Positions 10,834 to 21,700 are shown, numbered from the stretch's first letter. The stretch is DNA of 64,000 nucleotides from Candidatus Spongiisociaceae bacterium (GCA_965219685.1 CBDCOH010000002.1:1248001-1312000); one strand, 5' to 3'. The notes: generated from the sequence alone by a model not told the origin. A program made the numbers and translations.

Positions 10834-10845
10834 CCGGGCGCGGCG

Positions 10846-11289
10846 TTACTCCCCGGCGGGCGATCCATCCGGACCCCACGCGCCCCGGTTCTCCCTCCTG
10901 ATGACCAGCCTCAGGCCGCTCCAGTCGCTGTCCAGAGCGCAGACCTTGTTGTCGACCAGGCCGACCTGCAGAGCCGCGACGCGGATGGTGTCCTCAACGA
11001 TATCGACATGGAGGGGGGAAGACTTCTTCGGCCAGGATATCCACAGGGCGCCGTCCGCCGGAAGCCGGCGTAGGAGGCGCGGGAACACGGTTTGGAACCG
11101 CTTCGTGGTCGGAGCGAACGCCACCAGGACCGGGCACGGCGCACGGGGGTTCCTGATCAGCCGGGCGCCCGGCGGAAGCGGGTCGAGCAGCCGGGCCAGG
11201 TGCCCCGGGTCGCCGACGACCCCCACGCGGTCACCCGGCGCTATCCCCAGCTTCCGTACCAGCGGCGTCTGGGAGTATCCGGAAGTCAC
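10846..11289 (-). CDS. DUF3052 family protein
   Basis: GYSQTPLVRKLGI, LWISWPKKSS, GLVDNKVCALDSDWSGLRLVIR; GTGA overlap with the upstream gene. Confidence 0.8.
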   Translation of the reverse strand: MTSGYSQTPLVRKLGIAPGDRVGVVGDPGHLARLLDPLPPGARLIRNPRAPCPVLVAFAPTTKRFQTVFPRLLRRLPADGALWISWPKKSSPLHVDIVEDTIRVAALQVGLVDNKVCALDSDWSGLRLVIRRENRGAWGPDGSPAGE

Positions 11290-13847
11290 GACGCCGCGAT
11301 CCGAGCCTGGGCGAGCCATATGTCCACCAGGACACGGTTCTCCTCGATCCATCGGGAAACCAGGTCCGCGGTGGCCGCGCCCCGGCTCTGGAGAGCGATC
11401 CGGTAGGAGACGTCCGCCTGTTCCAGCTTGACGATCTGGAACAGCCTCGCCGCGGCCGGGTTCGAATCCAGGAACTGGTTGCGGGCCGTGACCCTGATGT
11501 CGGAGACCTGCCAGCCGACCTGGCAGAAGCCCCGCGCCACGGCATCTGGGCACTGCCCGGCGGGCACCAGTCCGGTTCCCGGTCTCTGATCCCAGGCCTC
11601 GCCGCCCGGACGACCGAGCGGGTTGGAGTCGTCCAGGACATGGTCGATCCCCAACCACACCATGTTCACGCCGGGGAGGAGGGTCGCCATGTAGCGGCTC
11701 GGCGCCCACGCGTAGGTGACAACAGGCTCATCCCGGCGGAGGTGCTGGGTGACCGCGGCGTGCATGGCGTCGTATCCGGATGTCACCTGGTCGACATTCA
11801 TCCAGTTCGAGAAGGCGACCATGCTCTCGATGATGTCGGAGCAGGGCCAGCTCGGCGGACATCCGTATATGTCCACCCGCCCGTTGCCGGGGTTGGCGTC
11901 GGTTGCGTCATACTTCGCTATGGTCGCCCGGCTTCGGTCCAGGTCGTCGAGAGTGGAGATTCCCTGTTCCACGGCGAAGGGCCTGCTGATCAGGAACCCC
12001 TGCAGGCCGCCGGCCGTCATCTGGTCGCCAACCGGGGAAACATGATCCCGGACCGCGGTGCCGTCGGGCAGCTGCTCGTCCAGGAAACGGTCGTGGTAGG
12101 GATACCAGCCGTTCACCCAGAAGTCGACCGAACCGGCCGCCATGGCGGGGTAGGCGATCGACGGGCCCGCTTCGAAACCTGCCGGGTCGCTGACCTCGTA
12201 GCCGAGTTCGCCGAGCAGCGCGCGGTAGACGGCGGCCTGGAAGTGTCCGGACGTCCGGTCGGCCCTGGCCATCCTTACCCGGACACCGTCGCCCGGAAGC
12301 CGGGCCTCGGGCTGTAGCTGGAGAGCCCGGACTAGGAAGGAGGCCATCTCGGCACGGGTGACCGGGCTGTCGGGGCAGTAGGCGAAGGGCGCCTTCGAGC
12401 AGCCCAGTGTGACTCCGGCCGCCAGGATGCCTTCGACCGCGGCGGCATGGTCCGCGTCCGCGGGAACGTCGACGAAGGCGCCCTGTGGTTCGGCCACCGG
12501 AGCGACGGTCGGCAGCGCCCTGGTCAGGAACACGGCCATGTCCAGGCGGGTAACGGGATCCAGGGGACGGAAGGTCCCGTCCTCGTGCGGTTCCACCACG
12601 CCGCGTTCGAACATGGCGTTCAGGTAGCCCGAGTACCACGTGCCGTCGGGAACGTCATCGAAGCCGCCGGTCACCACGGCCGGTTCCCTAGAGTCGCCGA
12701 ATACCCTGGCCAGGAAGGCCATCATCTGAGCTCGCGTGATGGTCTCCACGGGGCAGAAGCGATCGCCGAGCGGCTGGTTGCAACCCGCGGTGATGCCAAG
12801 GGCCGCGACGATCTCGATCCTGGCCTCATGGACGCTGCCGTCGTCATCGGAGAATCTGTCTCCGGACGGAGCCGGTACCGGCTCGCCCGGCTCCGACGGA
12901 GTGTCCGCGCCGGGAGTGCTGAGATACAGCTCGTTCCCGTCGAGCCGCATCACCTGGAGCTTCACCAGTTCCAGGAGTTGGGTGGGTACCGGTCCGACCA
13001 GCTGGTTGCGACGGACATCGAGGCCGAGGAGGTTCTGGAGCCGTCCGAGTTCCGGTGGGATCCGACCCGTGAGCCCGTTGTCGTTGAGGAACAACTGCTC
13101 GAGACCGGCCAGCGCTCCCAGTTCGGACGGTATGGGGCCGGCGAGCTGGTTGGAGTGGAGGAAGAGACCTCTGAGGTTCGCCAGTGCGCCGAGTGCCGGG
13201 GGGATGGACCCGGCCAGTTCGTTGCCGCTCAACTCGAGTACCTGCAGAGCGGTCAACATACCGAGCTGTTCGGGTATCGAACCCGTCAGGCGGTTGTTAT
13301 GGAGGAACAGCGCTTCGAGGCTTGTCAGACCACCGAGTTCCGGGGGGACGGGTCCGCTCAACCGGTTACCACCGAGTTCCATCACCTTCAGGCTGGTGAG
13401 TCCGCCCAGTTCTGGCGGGAGAGACCCGGTCAACCGGTTGTTGCCGAGATACAGGTCTTCCAACTCGCCGAGTTCCCCAAGCGCCGGCGCCAAGGGTCCG
13501 ACCAGCCCGGCCCCGGACAGAAAGAGCGAACGCACCCGGCCTTCCCTAACGACGACCCCTTGCCATTCGCCGAGCGGTTTCCCGCGTGACCAGGCGTTCG
13601 GATTATCGGCATCGTCGAGGGCACCCGGGTCCTCGAGGCTCGAGTAGAACCTCCAGAGGATCTCGCAGTCGATCGACAGGTCGGGTCGGTTCTCGGGGAC
13701 TATCGAATCCAGCCCGCAAGGAGACTCCGCCCCGGCCGGACCGACCCAGGCGAGGACGGCGATCAGGGATACGGCCAGCATCCAGCCGCGCGCCGCGCGC
13801 CGCCTGCGGTAGATGCGGCAAACGGTAGATCGCTCGAGTCGGATCAC
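11286..13847 (-). CDS. Secreted LRR / SLH / glycine-betaine-type substrate-binding fusion protein
   Basis: Signal peptide; about 8-9 24-aa LxLxxNxLxGxIPxELGxL repeats; SLH-like motifs (ITRAQMMAF, VTRLDMAVF, VTRAEMASF); C-terminal ProX/OpuAC-like domain. Confidence 0.8.
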   Translation of the reverse strand: MIRLERSTVCRIYRRRRAARGWMLAVSLIAVLAWVGPAGAESPCGLDSIVPENRPDLSIDCEILWRFYSSLEDPGALDDADNPNAWSRGKPLGEWQGVVVREGRVRSLFLSGAGLVGPLAPALGELGELEDLYLGNNRLTGSLPPELGGLTSLKVMELGGNRLSGPVPPELGGLTSLEALFLHNNRLTGSIPEQLGMLTALQVLELSGNELAGSIPPALGALANLRGLFLHSNQLAGPIPSELGALAGLEQLFLNDNGLTGRIPPELGRLQNLLGLDVRRNQLVGPVPTQLLELVKLQVMRLDGNELYLSTPGADTPSEPGEPVPAPSGDRFSDDDGSVHEARIEIVAALGITAGCNQPLGDRFCPVETITRAQMMAFLARVFGDSREPAVVTGGFDDVPDGTWYSGYLNAMFERGVVEPHEDGTFRPLDPVTRLDMAVFLTRALPTVAPVAEPQGAFVDVPADADHAAAVEGILAAGVTLGCSKAPFAYCPDSPVTRAEMASFLVRALQLQPEARLPGDGVRVRMARADRTSGHFQAAVYRALLGELGYEVSDPAGFEAGPSIAYPAMAAGSVDFWVNGWYPYHDRFLDEQLPDGTAVRDHVSPVGDQMTAGGLQGFLISRPFAVEQGISTLDDLDRSRATIAKYDATDANPGNGRVDIYGCPPSWPCSDIIESMVAFSNWMNVDQVTSGYDAMHAAVTQHLRRDEPVVTYAWAPSRYMATLLPGVNMVWLGIDHVLDDSNPLGRPGGEAWDQRPGTGLVPAGQCPDAVARGFCQVGWQVSDIRVTARNQFLDSNPAAARLFQIVKLEQADVSYRIALQSRGAATADLVSRWIEENRVLVDIWLAQARIAAS

Positions 13848-13915
13848 GAACCCGGATTCTCGCAGCGTGCAGCCGCCAACACGTGCAATCCGGGCCGATC
13901 GGCGCTGCTTTCGAT

Positions 13916-14947
13916 ATGACCGGCCCCGTCGGGTACCGTCAGCCCGTGGTGTCGGAGGCGGCGACGGTCGAGATCGGGGGTGAGGGCGTAAGGGTCACCT
14001 CACCGGATCGGGTGGTCTTCCCGGGCCAGGGATGGACCAAACTCGATGTGGTGCGGCACTTCCGCGCCGTGGCGGACGGCTGCCTGCGCGGCGTGTACGG
14101 GCGGCCCACCATGATGAAGCGGTACATGAAGAACGTGGACACACCTCCGATCTACCACAAGCGCGCTTCCAGGAAGAGCCCTTTCGAGACCGCCACCATC
14201 CGCTTCCCGTCGCAGCGGCCGGGCCGTATGAACGTTCCCCGGACCCCGGCCGACATACTCCGTTTCGTGCAGCTCGGATGCCTGGATCTCCATCCGTGGC
14301 CGGTCCGGGCAGAGGACCTCGACCATCCGGACGAGATACGTTTCGACTTCGACCCGACCGAGGGATACGGCTTCGCAGATGTCAAGCGGGCGGCCACGCA
14401 CGCCAAGGAGTTGCTCGACGAACTGGGCCTGGTCGGCTGGCCGAAGACGTCGGGAAGCCGGGGTATACACGTGTATGTCCGGATCGAGCCGTTGTGGGAC
14501 TTCTTCCAGACCCGCCGGGCCGTTCTCGCATTCGGGCGAGAACTGGAGCGACGCCATCCTCGCCTGATCACCACGAAATGGTGGAAGGAGGAGCGCCGGG
14601 GCATCTTCGTCGACTACAACCAGAACGCCCGTGACAAGACCGTGTCATCGGCCTACGGGGTCCGTCCCACCGGGTACGTCTCGGCTCCGATCACGTGGGA
14701 TGAACTGCCCGATGTCGCCATACAGGATTTCCCGATGGACCGCTTCGCCGATCGCTACGCAGCGGTGGGCGACCTCACGGAGGGGATCGACGAGGCCCCC
14801 GGCCGCATCGACCGGTTGCTGGAATGGGTCGCTCGGGACGAGGCCGCCGGGCAGGGCGACGCTCCATGGCCGCCCAACTATCCCAAGATGCCCGGCGAGC
14901 CACCCAGGGTCCAGCCGTCGAAGATGGTGAAGGAGAACTGGGAGTAG
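13916..14947 (+). CDS. Stand-alone LigD-type primase-polymerase (PolD/Prim-PolC family)
   Basis: VTSPDRVVFP, TKLD, RFDFDP, KTSGSRGIHV, FVDYNQNARDKT; exact start uncertain. Confidence 0.9.
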   Translation: MTGPVGYRQPVVSEAATVEIGGEGVRVTSPDRVVFPGQGWTKLDVVRHFRAVADGCLRGVYGRPTMMKRYMKNVDTPPIYHKRASRKSPFETATIRFPSQRPGRMNVPRTPADILRFVQLGCLDLHPWPVRAEDLDHPDEIRFDFDPTEGYGFADVKRAATHAKELLDELGLVGWPKTSGSRGIHVYVRIEPLWDFFQTRRAVLAFGRELERRHPRLITTKWWKEERRGIFVDYNQNARDKTVSSAYGVRPTGYVSAPITWDELPDVAIQDFPMDRFADRYAAVGDLTEGIDEAPGRIDRLLEWVARDEAAGQGDAPWPPNYPKMPGEPPRVQPSKMVKENWE

Positions 14948-15040
14948 TGGTGGTCGGTGATTGGTGGCTGGTCAGTGACGGGGGGAGTCGGGACCGTCCT
15001 GCAAGGGCATCGCTATCGTGCATCAAGTAGTGCTCTGCTA

Positions 15041-15061
15041 CAACTAACAACTAACAACTAG
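15041..15061 (-). repeat. Heptamer array (CAACTAR)x3 starting at the reductase stop codon
   Basis: caactaa caactaa caactag. Confidence 0.75.
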
Positions 15062-16071
15062 CGAGTCGGACGGAGGACCACGTCGGGAGTGATAGGCCTG
15101 GCGACGCAGGTCAGGATCATGCCCGACTCCTGCTCCGCTCCGGTCAGGGCGAAGGGAACGCCGGGGTCGACCTGCCCGTCCACCAGGCGCACCCGGCAGG
15201 TTCCGCACACGCCCGAGCGGCACGCGTAGGCAACGGGCGCCGCCAAACGGTCCATGGCGGTGAGCAGGACCTCCCCGGCCTCCAGGACGGCGAAGGCGTC
15301 TTGACCTTCGAGGCGGATTCGGGCGCCGTCGTACGGAACCGGGATGTTGTCCCGCCGGGGTGGGACGTAGTGTTCCACCAGCAATCGATCCTCGGGAACG
15401 CCCAGGGTCAGCAGGCGCGCTTCGATCGTACGGTTCATGTCCGGCGGCCCGCACAGCAGGTACCAGACATCGGCTGTGAGGGGCGGGTTGGCCATCAGGT
15501 GGGCGTCCACGAACCGGTAGTCGATGCGCTGCCCGCGCCCGCTCAGGGCATGGACCACGCTGAGGCGGTCCGGGTGGGCGGTCCGCAGGCGATCCAGCTC
15601 CTCCGCGAAGATCACGTCCTGCGGTCGCCGGTTCCCGTAGGCGAGGTGCACTACCGAGCCCGTTTCGACCGACAGGGCGCCACGCAGGATGCTCATCACC
15701 GGAACGATGCCGCTTCCGGCCGCGAAGGCGTAGTACGTACGGCGGTTGGCGGGGGCGATCCCGACCCTGAAGGTCCCTGAGGCCGGTTCCACACCGACCG
15801 TCCGGCCCGCCTCGGCCCGCTCCACGAGGTAGGTCGAGACCAACCCCCCGGGTGTGCGCTTGACGGTTATCGATGGTGGCTGTCCCAGTTCGGGGGTTGA
15901 GCTGAGCGAGAACACCCGGCGGTGTTCCTCCCCGTCGATCACGACCCTGATTATGACGTACTGGCCCGCCTCTCCGCCCACCCGGGCTTGCGGATCGTCG
16001 AGCGTGATGGAGACGGAGTCGGGGGTCTCGGGACGGACCGCGGCTATGCGCAGCGGGACGACCGTCCTCAA
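15058..16071 (-). CDS. FAD/NAD(P) and 2Fe-2S reductase (PaaE/KshB-like)
   Basis: RVFSLSS, AAGSGIVP, YGNR, CGP, CRSGVCGTC; TTG start overlaps the ligC stop. Confidence 0.88.
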   Translation of the reverse strand: MRTVVPLRIAAVRPETPDSVSITLDDPQARVGGEAGQYVIIRVVIDGEEHRRVFSLSSTPELGQPPSITVKRTPGGLVSTYLVERAEAGRTVGVEPASGTFRVGIAPANRRTYYAFAAGSGIVPVMSILRGALSVETGSVVHLAYGNRRPQDVIFAEELDRLRTAHPDRLSVVHALSGRGQRIDYRFVDAHLMANPPLTADVWYLLCGPPDMNRTIEARLLTLGVPEDRLLVEHYVPPRRDNIPVPYDGARIRLEGQDAFAVLEAGEVLLTAMDRLAAPVAYACRSGVCGTCRVRLVDGQVDPGVPFALTGAEQESGMILTCVARPITPDVVLRPTR

Positions 16072-17096
16072 CCAACCACCTCCGAGAATCCGGCGCCGAA
16101 CGGACGCACGAGTTGGTCCATGGTGCATTCGGCGGCCGGTTTGTCGGGACGCCATCGCTCGAACCGGGTGGCGTGGCGGAAACGACCACCCTGGAGTTGG
16201 TCGTAGCTCACCTCGACTACGACTCCCGGCGTGACCGGGACCCATTCCATGGACTTCTTGGTCGCCCATCTGCTCTGCGCTCCCGGAGCACGGGTCTGAT
16301 CGCCGCCGCCGAAGCTCTCCTCGGTGCGGATCTGTTCGAGCATGCTCAGGATCTTGGCCCGGTCGCGGTTCGAGAATCCCGAGCAATGGCCGATGAAGTG
16401 CAGGTTCCCTTCAGTGTTGTACAGGCCGAGCAGAATGGAGCCGACCTTGTCCCCGTCCTTGTGCACCCGGTAGCCGCCGATCACGCAGTCCACAGAGCGG
16501 CGGTGCTTCCACTTGATCCACTCTCGCTTGTCCTGCCGGTAGGCGCCGTCCTCGCGCTTGCAGATGATGCCGTCGCAACCGGCCGACTCGTAGCGGTGGA
16601 ACCACCTGGTGGCCCTTTCGAAGTCCCGGGTGACCGGCGTCAGGTGCCAGGGATCGTCCAGATCCGCGCCGAGCCGGTCGAGGCGTGCCCTACGGGTCGA
16701 ATAGGGGGCCTTGACGAGGTTCTCGCCCCTCTCCGCCAGCAGGTCGAAGGCCACCAACCGGGCCGGGTACTCCGCGGCCAGGCGCTCGACTCGCGACTGC
16801 GCCGGGTGGATCCGCATCTGCAACAGGTCGAAGTTGGTCACGTCCTCCACCACGACCAGCACTTCCCCGTCGACCACGGTTCCGGGGGGAAGCTGGTCGA
16901 GAGCGGGAAGCAGTTCCGGGAAGTAGCGCAGCAACGTCTTGCCGTTACGGGAATCGAGACGTACGTCCTCGCCGCCGTAGGCGACCATCCGGAACCCGTC
17001 CCACTTGGGTTCGTAAATCCAGCCGTCGCCGGAGGGAGGGGTGGCTCTCACCCTGGCCTTCATTGGTTTGATGGGTGGTGTGAGCGGCCAGGTCAT
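16068..17096 (-). CDS. ligC: ATP-dependent DNA ligase LigC
   Basis: YEPKWDGFR, VDGE, AFDLL, WIKWKH, RFRHATRFERWRPDK. Confidence 0.9.
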   Translation of the reverse strand: MTWPLTPPIKPMKARVRATPPSGDGWIYEPKWDGFRMVAYGGEDVRLDSRNGKTLLRYFPELLPALDQLPPGTVVDGEVLVVVEDVTNFDLLQMRIHPAQSRVERLAAEYPARLVAFDLLAERGENLVKAPYSTRRARLDRLGADLDDPWHLTPVTRDFERATRWFHRYESAGCDGIICKREDGAYRQDKREWIKWKHRRSVDCVIGGYRVHKDGDKVGSILLGLYNTEGNLHFIGHCSGFSNRDRAKILSMLEQIRTEESFGGGDQTRAPGAQSRWATKKSMEWVPVTPGVVVEVSYDQLQGGRFRHATRFERWRPDKPAAECTMDQLVRPFGAGFSEVVG

Positions 17097-17131
17097 CCGC
17101 CGCAGCTTAGAAGATGGTGGCTTGTGGCTGG

Positions 17132-17243
17132 TGAACCGCCCCGGGTTTACCGGAGAGAGTGTGTTGCTTGACACCTGGTGGCGGTCCTGGGGCGTGCTGC
17201 GCCGGGGAAACACTCACACTCAAGGGGAACCCGGGACGGTTCA
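17132..17243. mobile_element. 112-bp MITE with IS3-family (IS51/IS6110-type) ends
   Basis: TGAACCGCCCCGGGTT ... AACCCGGGACGGTTCA (15/16 inverted match, TG...CA termini); no transposase ORF. Confidence 0.75.
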
Positions 17244-17285
17244 AGATTCACCAGCCACTACTCGCGAACCGCCAGCCGCCAACGA

Positions 17286-17313
17286 CCATTCACCATTCAC
17301 CACTCACTACTCA
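17286..17313 (-). repeat. Heptamer array starting at the cdd stop codon
   Basis: ccattca ccattca ccactca ctactca. Confidence 0.75.
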
Positions 17314-17703
17314 CAACAGCCGGAAGCCGAATGGATGGATCTCGTCGAGCGTGTGGCGCCGGACCTCGCTCCCCTCGCCGCCGGTGACGATCACCCATCG
17401 GGTGCCGAACTCGTTCATCAACTGGCGGCAGTTGCCGCACGGGTAGGCCCCGTCGACGCTCTCGGCATCGATACATGCCACCGCCACACCCGCGATCCGG
17501 CGAAGGCCGCCCGCTACGGCGCCCGAGATGGCCGTTGCCTCCGCGCAGATCGACGAACCGTAGGCGGCGTTCTCGACGTTGGAGCCGGTATGGACGCCGC
17601 CGTGCTCATCCACGACGACCGCACCGACCCGGAAGCCGGAGTAGGGCGAGTAGGAACCGAGAGCGGCCTGGCGGGCGCGGGTGGCCAGTTCCGTCCGGTT
17701 CAT
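17311..17703 (-). CDS. cdd: Cytidine deaminase
   Basis: YSPYSGFRVGA, NVENAAY, CAE, PCGNCRQ. Confidence 0.95.
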   Translation of the reverse strand: MNRTELATRARQAALGSYSPYSGFRVGAVVVDEHGGVHTGSNVENAAYGSSICAEATAISGAVAGGLRRIAGVAVACIDAESVDGAYPCGNCRQLMNEFGTRWVIVTGGEGSEVRRHTLDEIHPFGFRLL

Positions 17704-18674
17704 GCCGGCCCGAGCAGGGCGTCCACGAACTCGGACGCGTCGAACTCCACCAGGTCATCGAGCCCCTCGCCCGTGCCGATGTATTTGACCGGTAGCCCCA
17801 GTTCACTCTCGATCGCCAGTATCACGCCGCCCTTGGCTGTACCGTCCATCTTGGTGAGGATCATGCCCGTCACACCCATCCCGGCGAACCGCCGCGCTTG
17901 GGGGAGGCCGCCCTGCCCGGTGGTGGCGTCCATGACCAGGAGGACCTCGGCGACCTCGTCACCGTCCCTGCCCAGCACCCGGATGATCTTGGCCAGTTCC
18001 TGCATCAGGTTGTGCCTGGTCTCGAACCGGCCTGCCGTGTCGACCACCAGTACATCTGCGCGGCGCGCCTTGGCGGCCCGGAGGGCGTCGTAGGCGACGG
18101 CCGCCGGATCGCCGCCCGCCTGCCCGGAGACAACCTGCGCTCCCGCCCGCTCGGCCCACACCGCCAACTGGGTGTCGGCAGCCGGACGGAATGTGTCCGC
18201 GGCGCCGATGATGGGCGTGCGACCCTCGCCGGCCAGGCGGGCCGCCAGCTTGGCCACGGTGGTCGTCTTGCCCGCGCCGTTCACTCCTACCACCACCACG
18301 ATCGAAGGGTCACCCCGGAGGTTCAGGCCGCGGTCCGCACCGGAGAGGATCCGGACCATCTCCGTCCGGATCACCGAACGCGCCTCTGCCGGGTCGGAGG
18401 TTCCGGATCGGCGCACCGCGTCGACTATGCGAGTGCTGGCACCGACCCCCAGGTCGGACGCGATGAGCTCATCCTGCAGTTCGTCCCAGACGGCGGATCT
18501 CGACAGCACCGAATCGAGACTGGACGCCAGCCGGCTGCGGGTGGCCGCCATGGGCTGACCCAACCCGGCGGCGCCATGCTCGGAGGCGGCGGACGAACTC
18601 CGGGACCGCAAGACCAGCCACACGATGACAGCAGCCAGAGCCACGGCTACCAGACCCCAGACGAGCGGATTCAT
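17700..18674 (-). CDS. ftsY: SRP receptor FtsY with N-terminal TM anchor
   Basis: GVNGAGKTTT, DTFR, DTAGR, TKMDGTAKGG. Confidence 0.95.
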   Translation of the reverse strand: MNPLVWGLVAVALAAVIVWLVLRSRSSSAASEHGAAGLGQPMAATRSRLASSLDSVLSRSAVWDELQDELIASDLGVGASTRIVDAVRRSGTSDPAEARSVIRTEMVRILSGADRGLNLRGDPSIVVVVGVNGAGKTTTVAKLAARLAGEGRTPIIGAADTFRPAADTQLAVWAERAGAQVVSGQAGGDPAAVAYDALRAAKARRADVLVVDTAGRFETRHNLMQELAKIIRVLGRDGDEVAEVLLVMDATTGQGGLPQARRFAGMGVTGMILTKMDGTAKGGVILAIESELGLPVKYIGTGEGLDDLVEFDASEFVDALLGPA

Positions 18675-18777
18675 CCGAGCGGGCCCTCTCCTTCGACGCC
18701 GGGTGGGACTCGGGACTCCATCATGCGCACCAACTTAATCGCGGGCTTGAAGTAAGCGGATGGAGACACCCGCTTCG

Positions 18778-21700
18778 CTACGCGCCGATCACTGCCTCGT
18801 CCATCCTGTGAACGAGCGCCTTGGAGGATCCGCCCGGCTCCATCGTTACGCCGTAGAGGATGTCGGCCGCCCGGACGGTCGCCTGCTGGTGGGTGACCAC
18901 GATCAGCTGGGCGTGGTCGCGGAACTCGTCCACCAGCCGGAGAAAGCGATGCAGGTTGGCGTCGTCGAGGGCCGCATCCACCTCGTCGAGGATGTAGAAG
19001 GGGGCGGGTCGGGCCTCGAACACCGCGAACAGGAACGCCAGAGCTGCCAGGGATCGTTCCCCTCCCGAGAGAAGGGCGAGTTTGCCGATCTTCTTCCCCA
19101 ACGGCTGGGCCACGATCTCGACTCCGGCCTCGAGTGGATTGTCGGTCCCGGTCAGGACCAACTCGCCCGTGCCGCCGGGGAACAGCACCGTGAAGAAACG
19201 CCGGTAGTGGCGGGCCGTATCCTCGAAGGTCCGGTTGAACAGTTCCTCCATTTCGGCGTCGAGTGACAAAATGACCTTGTTCAGGTCCGCCTTCGATCTC
19301 TCGAGGTCGGCGAGCTGATCCGTCATCAGACGGTGACGCTCGTCGAGTTCGCGGAACTCGTCGCTCGCCAGCAGGTTCACGGGACCCATCGCCGCCAGAT
19401 GCGCCTCCAGCCGCTTCGCTCGCGCGGCGGGCTCCTCGCCCTCGGTCTCCGGACGCCCCGCGACCAGCGCCTGCTCGACGGAGGCGTCCGCGTCCCGCCG
19501 CAGGCCCTCGGCCACCGACTCCTCGCGCATCCTCAGTTCGGTCTGTTCCACATCGATCCGGCCCAGCCGCTCGCGGACACCGGTCACGGTTGTCTCAACC
19601 TCCGAGATCTCGGTGCGGGTTGTGGCCAGGAGCCTGTCCAGATCCGAGATCGACGCCCTCAGGCACTCGCAGCGTTCCTTCACCTCGGCCAGCTTGACTC
19701 GCACCACCTCCAGAACCTGGCGGGCCATCTCCTCGACCGTGCGGGTCTCTTCGAGCTGTTCAGTTCCCGATGGCGCCTTCTGCAACGCCTCGCGCCGGGC
19801 CGCCAACCGGTCGATGCGGTCCCGTAGCATGTGGCGGCGCTCCACGGCAGCGCCCAACTCCCGGATAGCCGCATCCCTGGCGTTGCGTGCGGCCGCATGC
19901 GCCCTTTCGGCTGCTTCCCGCTCGAGACGCCGCTCCGCCCGCAATCCCCCGTCTTCGGTCTCGGCGTCGGCGATCCTCTCCCTGAGTGCGGCGACTCGAC
20001 TCTCCCGCTGCCCGATGGTCCGCCGTAGCGCGGCCACCCTGAGCTCGAGCCCGGCTATGGCATCCCCGCCGGAGGTCTCGGCCCTCCCCAGCCGGTCCAG
20101 TTCGGTCTCCGCCTTGATCCCTGCTGACTCCGATGCTGCCAGATCATCGCTAGCACGCGCGGCCGCCTCCCGCGCGGCCGTGAGCTCCCTCCTGGCAGAC
20201 TCCTCGGCCGCCTTGGCGGCCGCTTCGGCCTCGCGGGCCGTGGCAGCCGAGTCGCGGGCCGCGTCCAGTGCGGCGGCCGTGCTGCGATCGTGGTCGGCGG
20301 TCCGGACACCCAGCGATGTGATCAGATCTCCCTCCGGAGTGACCGCACGCACGCGCGGCTCGTGCGCCACGATGTCCCAGCCGGTGCTCCAGCCTTCGAC
20401 GAGGACCACATCCCCGAGGAGCGACCGGGCCAACTCGGGATCGGCGTCCCGGCCCAGCCGGTCCACCAGGGCGTCGACTCCCCATTGCCGGGCGATAGCC
20501 GGCGCGGGCAGGATCCCGGCCTCCTTTGCCGGCCCCGCCATCAGGGGAAGTCCCCCCAGACCTTCCGACTTGAAGATCCTCACCGCTCGGCGGAGACGGA
20601 CCGGACCGTCGAGGACGACTGCCTCGGCCCACTCCCCCACCGCGGCGTCGACCGCAGCTGCCAGCCCGTCGGGCGGATCCAGCAGGGCGGTGAGGGCCCC
20701 GACGACACCACCGAGGTCCGTTAGCCGCTCCTTGAGCGGATTGAAGGAACGGGAGGCTGCCGCCTCCAAGGCCTCCGACTTGGCCTCGGCTGCCGCCCTG
20801 CCGGATCGAGCCTCCCGCAGGAGGTGATCCGTCCGCTCCCACTCGGCTTTGCGGGCAGCCAGCGCATGCGAGGACGACTCGCGAAGCTTCCGGGCGGCGG
20901 CGATCCGTTCCCGGGTCCGATCGAGTTCCCGCCCGAGCGTCCTAGCGCGGGATCTGTCCGCATCGGTCCGGGCCCTGGTTCCTTCGAGTAACTCGGTCAG
21001 CTTCGAGAACTCTCGGGTGTCACGGGCCGCCGCAGCCTCGAGGGACCTCAGGTCGTCGCGTAGCATTACCGGATCCGTGTCTTCCTGCGCCGGGGGAGCC
21101 CGGAGTTGTTCCTCGGAGGCGCGAAGGGTTGCTTCGGTCGCCTCGACCTGCTGCCCCGCATCCTGCTCCCGGCCCGTGGCCTCCTCGAGTTGGTGTACGA
21201 GCCGGTCTGTCTCGCGGTCGAGGCTGGTTCGCTGCACCGTTGCCTGCTCCATCTGGCTGACCAGTCCTCTGCGGCGTTCCCTGGCCACCTGTGAGATACC
21301 GCGCAGCCTGGCGGCCACCGTGGCTAACCGCGCAGCCGCGTCCGCGTCCCGAGCCAGTGACCGAGCCTGGCTTGAACGCTCCCCCTCCGTGCCCGCCAGC
21401 GTCTCCTCGAGCCGGACCAGGCTGGACCGGCCGACGCCCGAGGTCTCCTCCAAGCGGGTCCGCTCGCGCGACAACTCTCGGAATCGCTGCCGGGAACGGC
21501 GCAGGGTAACGCCTCCGAGCCAGAGGTGGAGGGCCTTGAGCTCGGCGCGCATCGATTCGTGCCGCTCGGCCGCCTCCGCCTGACGCCGGAGGGGACGCTT
21601 GCGGCGTTTGATCTCGGCGACGATGTCATGCAGACGGAGAAGGTCGGCGTCGGTGCGCTCCAGACGCTGTAGGGCCCTGGCCTTGCGGACCTGGTGCTTG

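Noticed and set aside
12920-13530. 72-bp periodic DNA similarity
   Set aside because: It is explained by the 24-aa LRR coding repeats.
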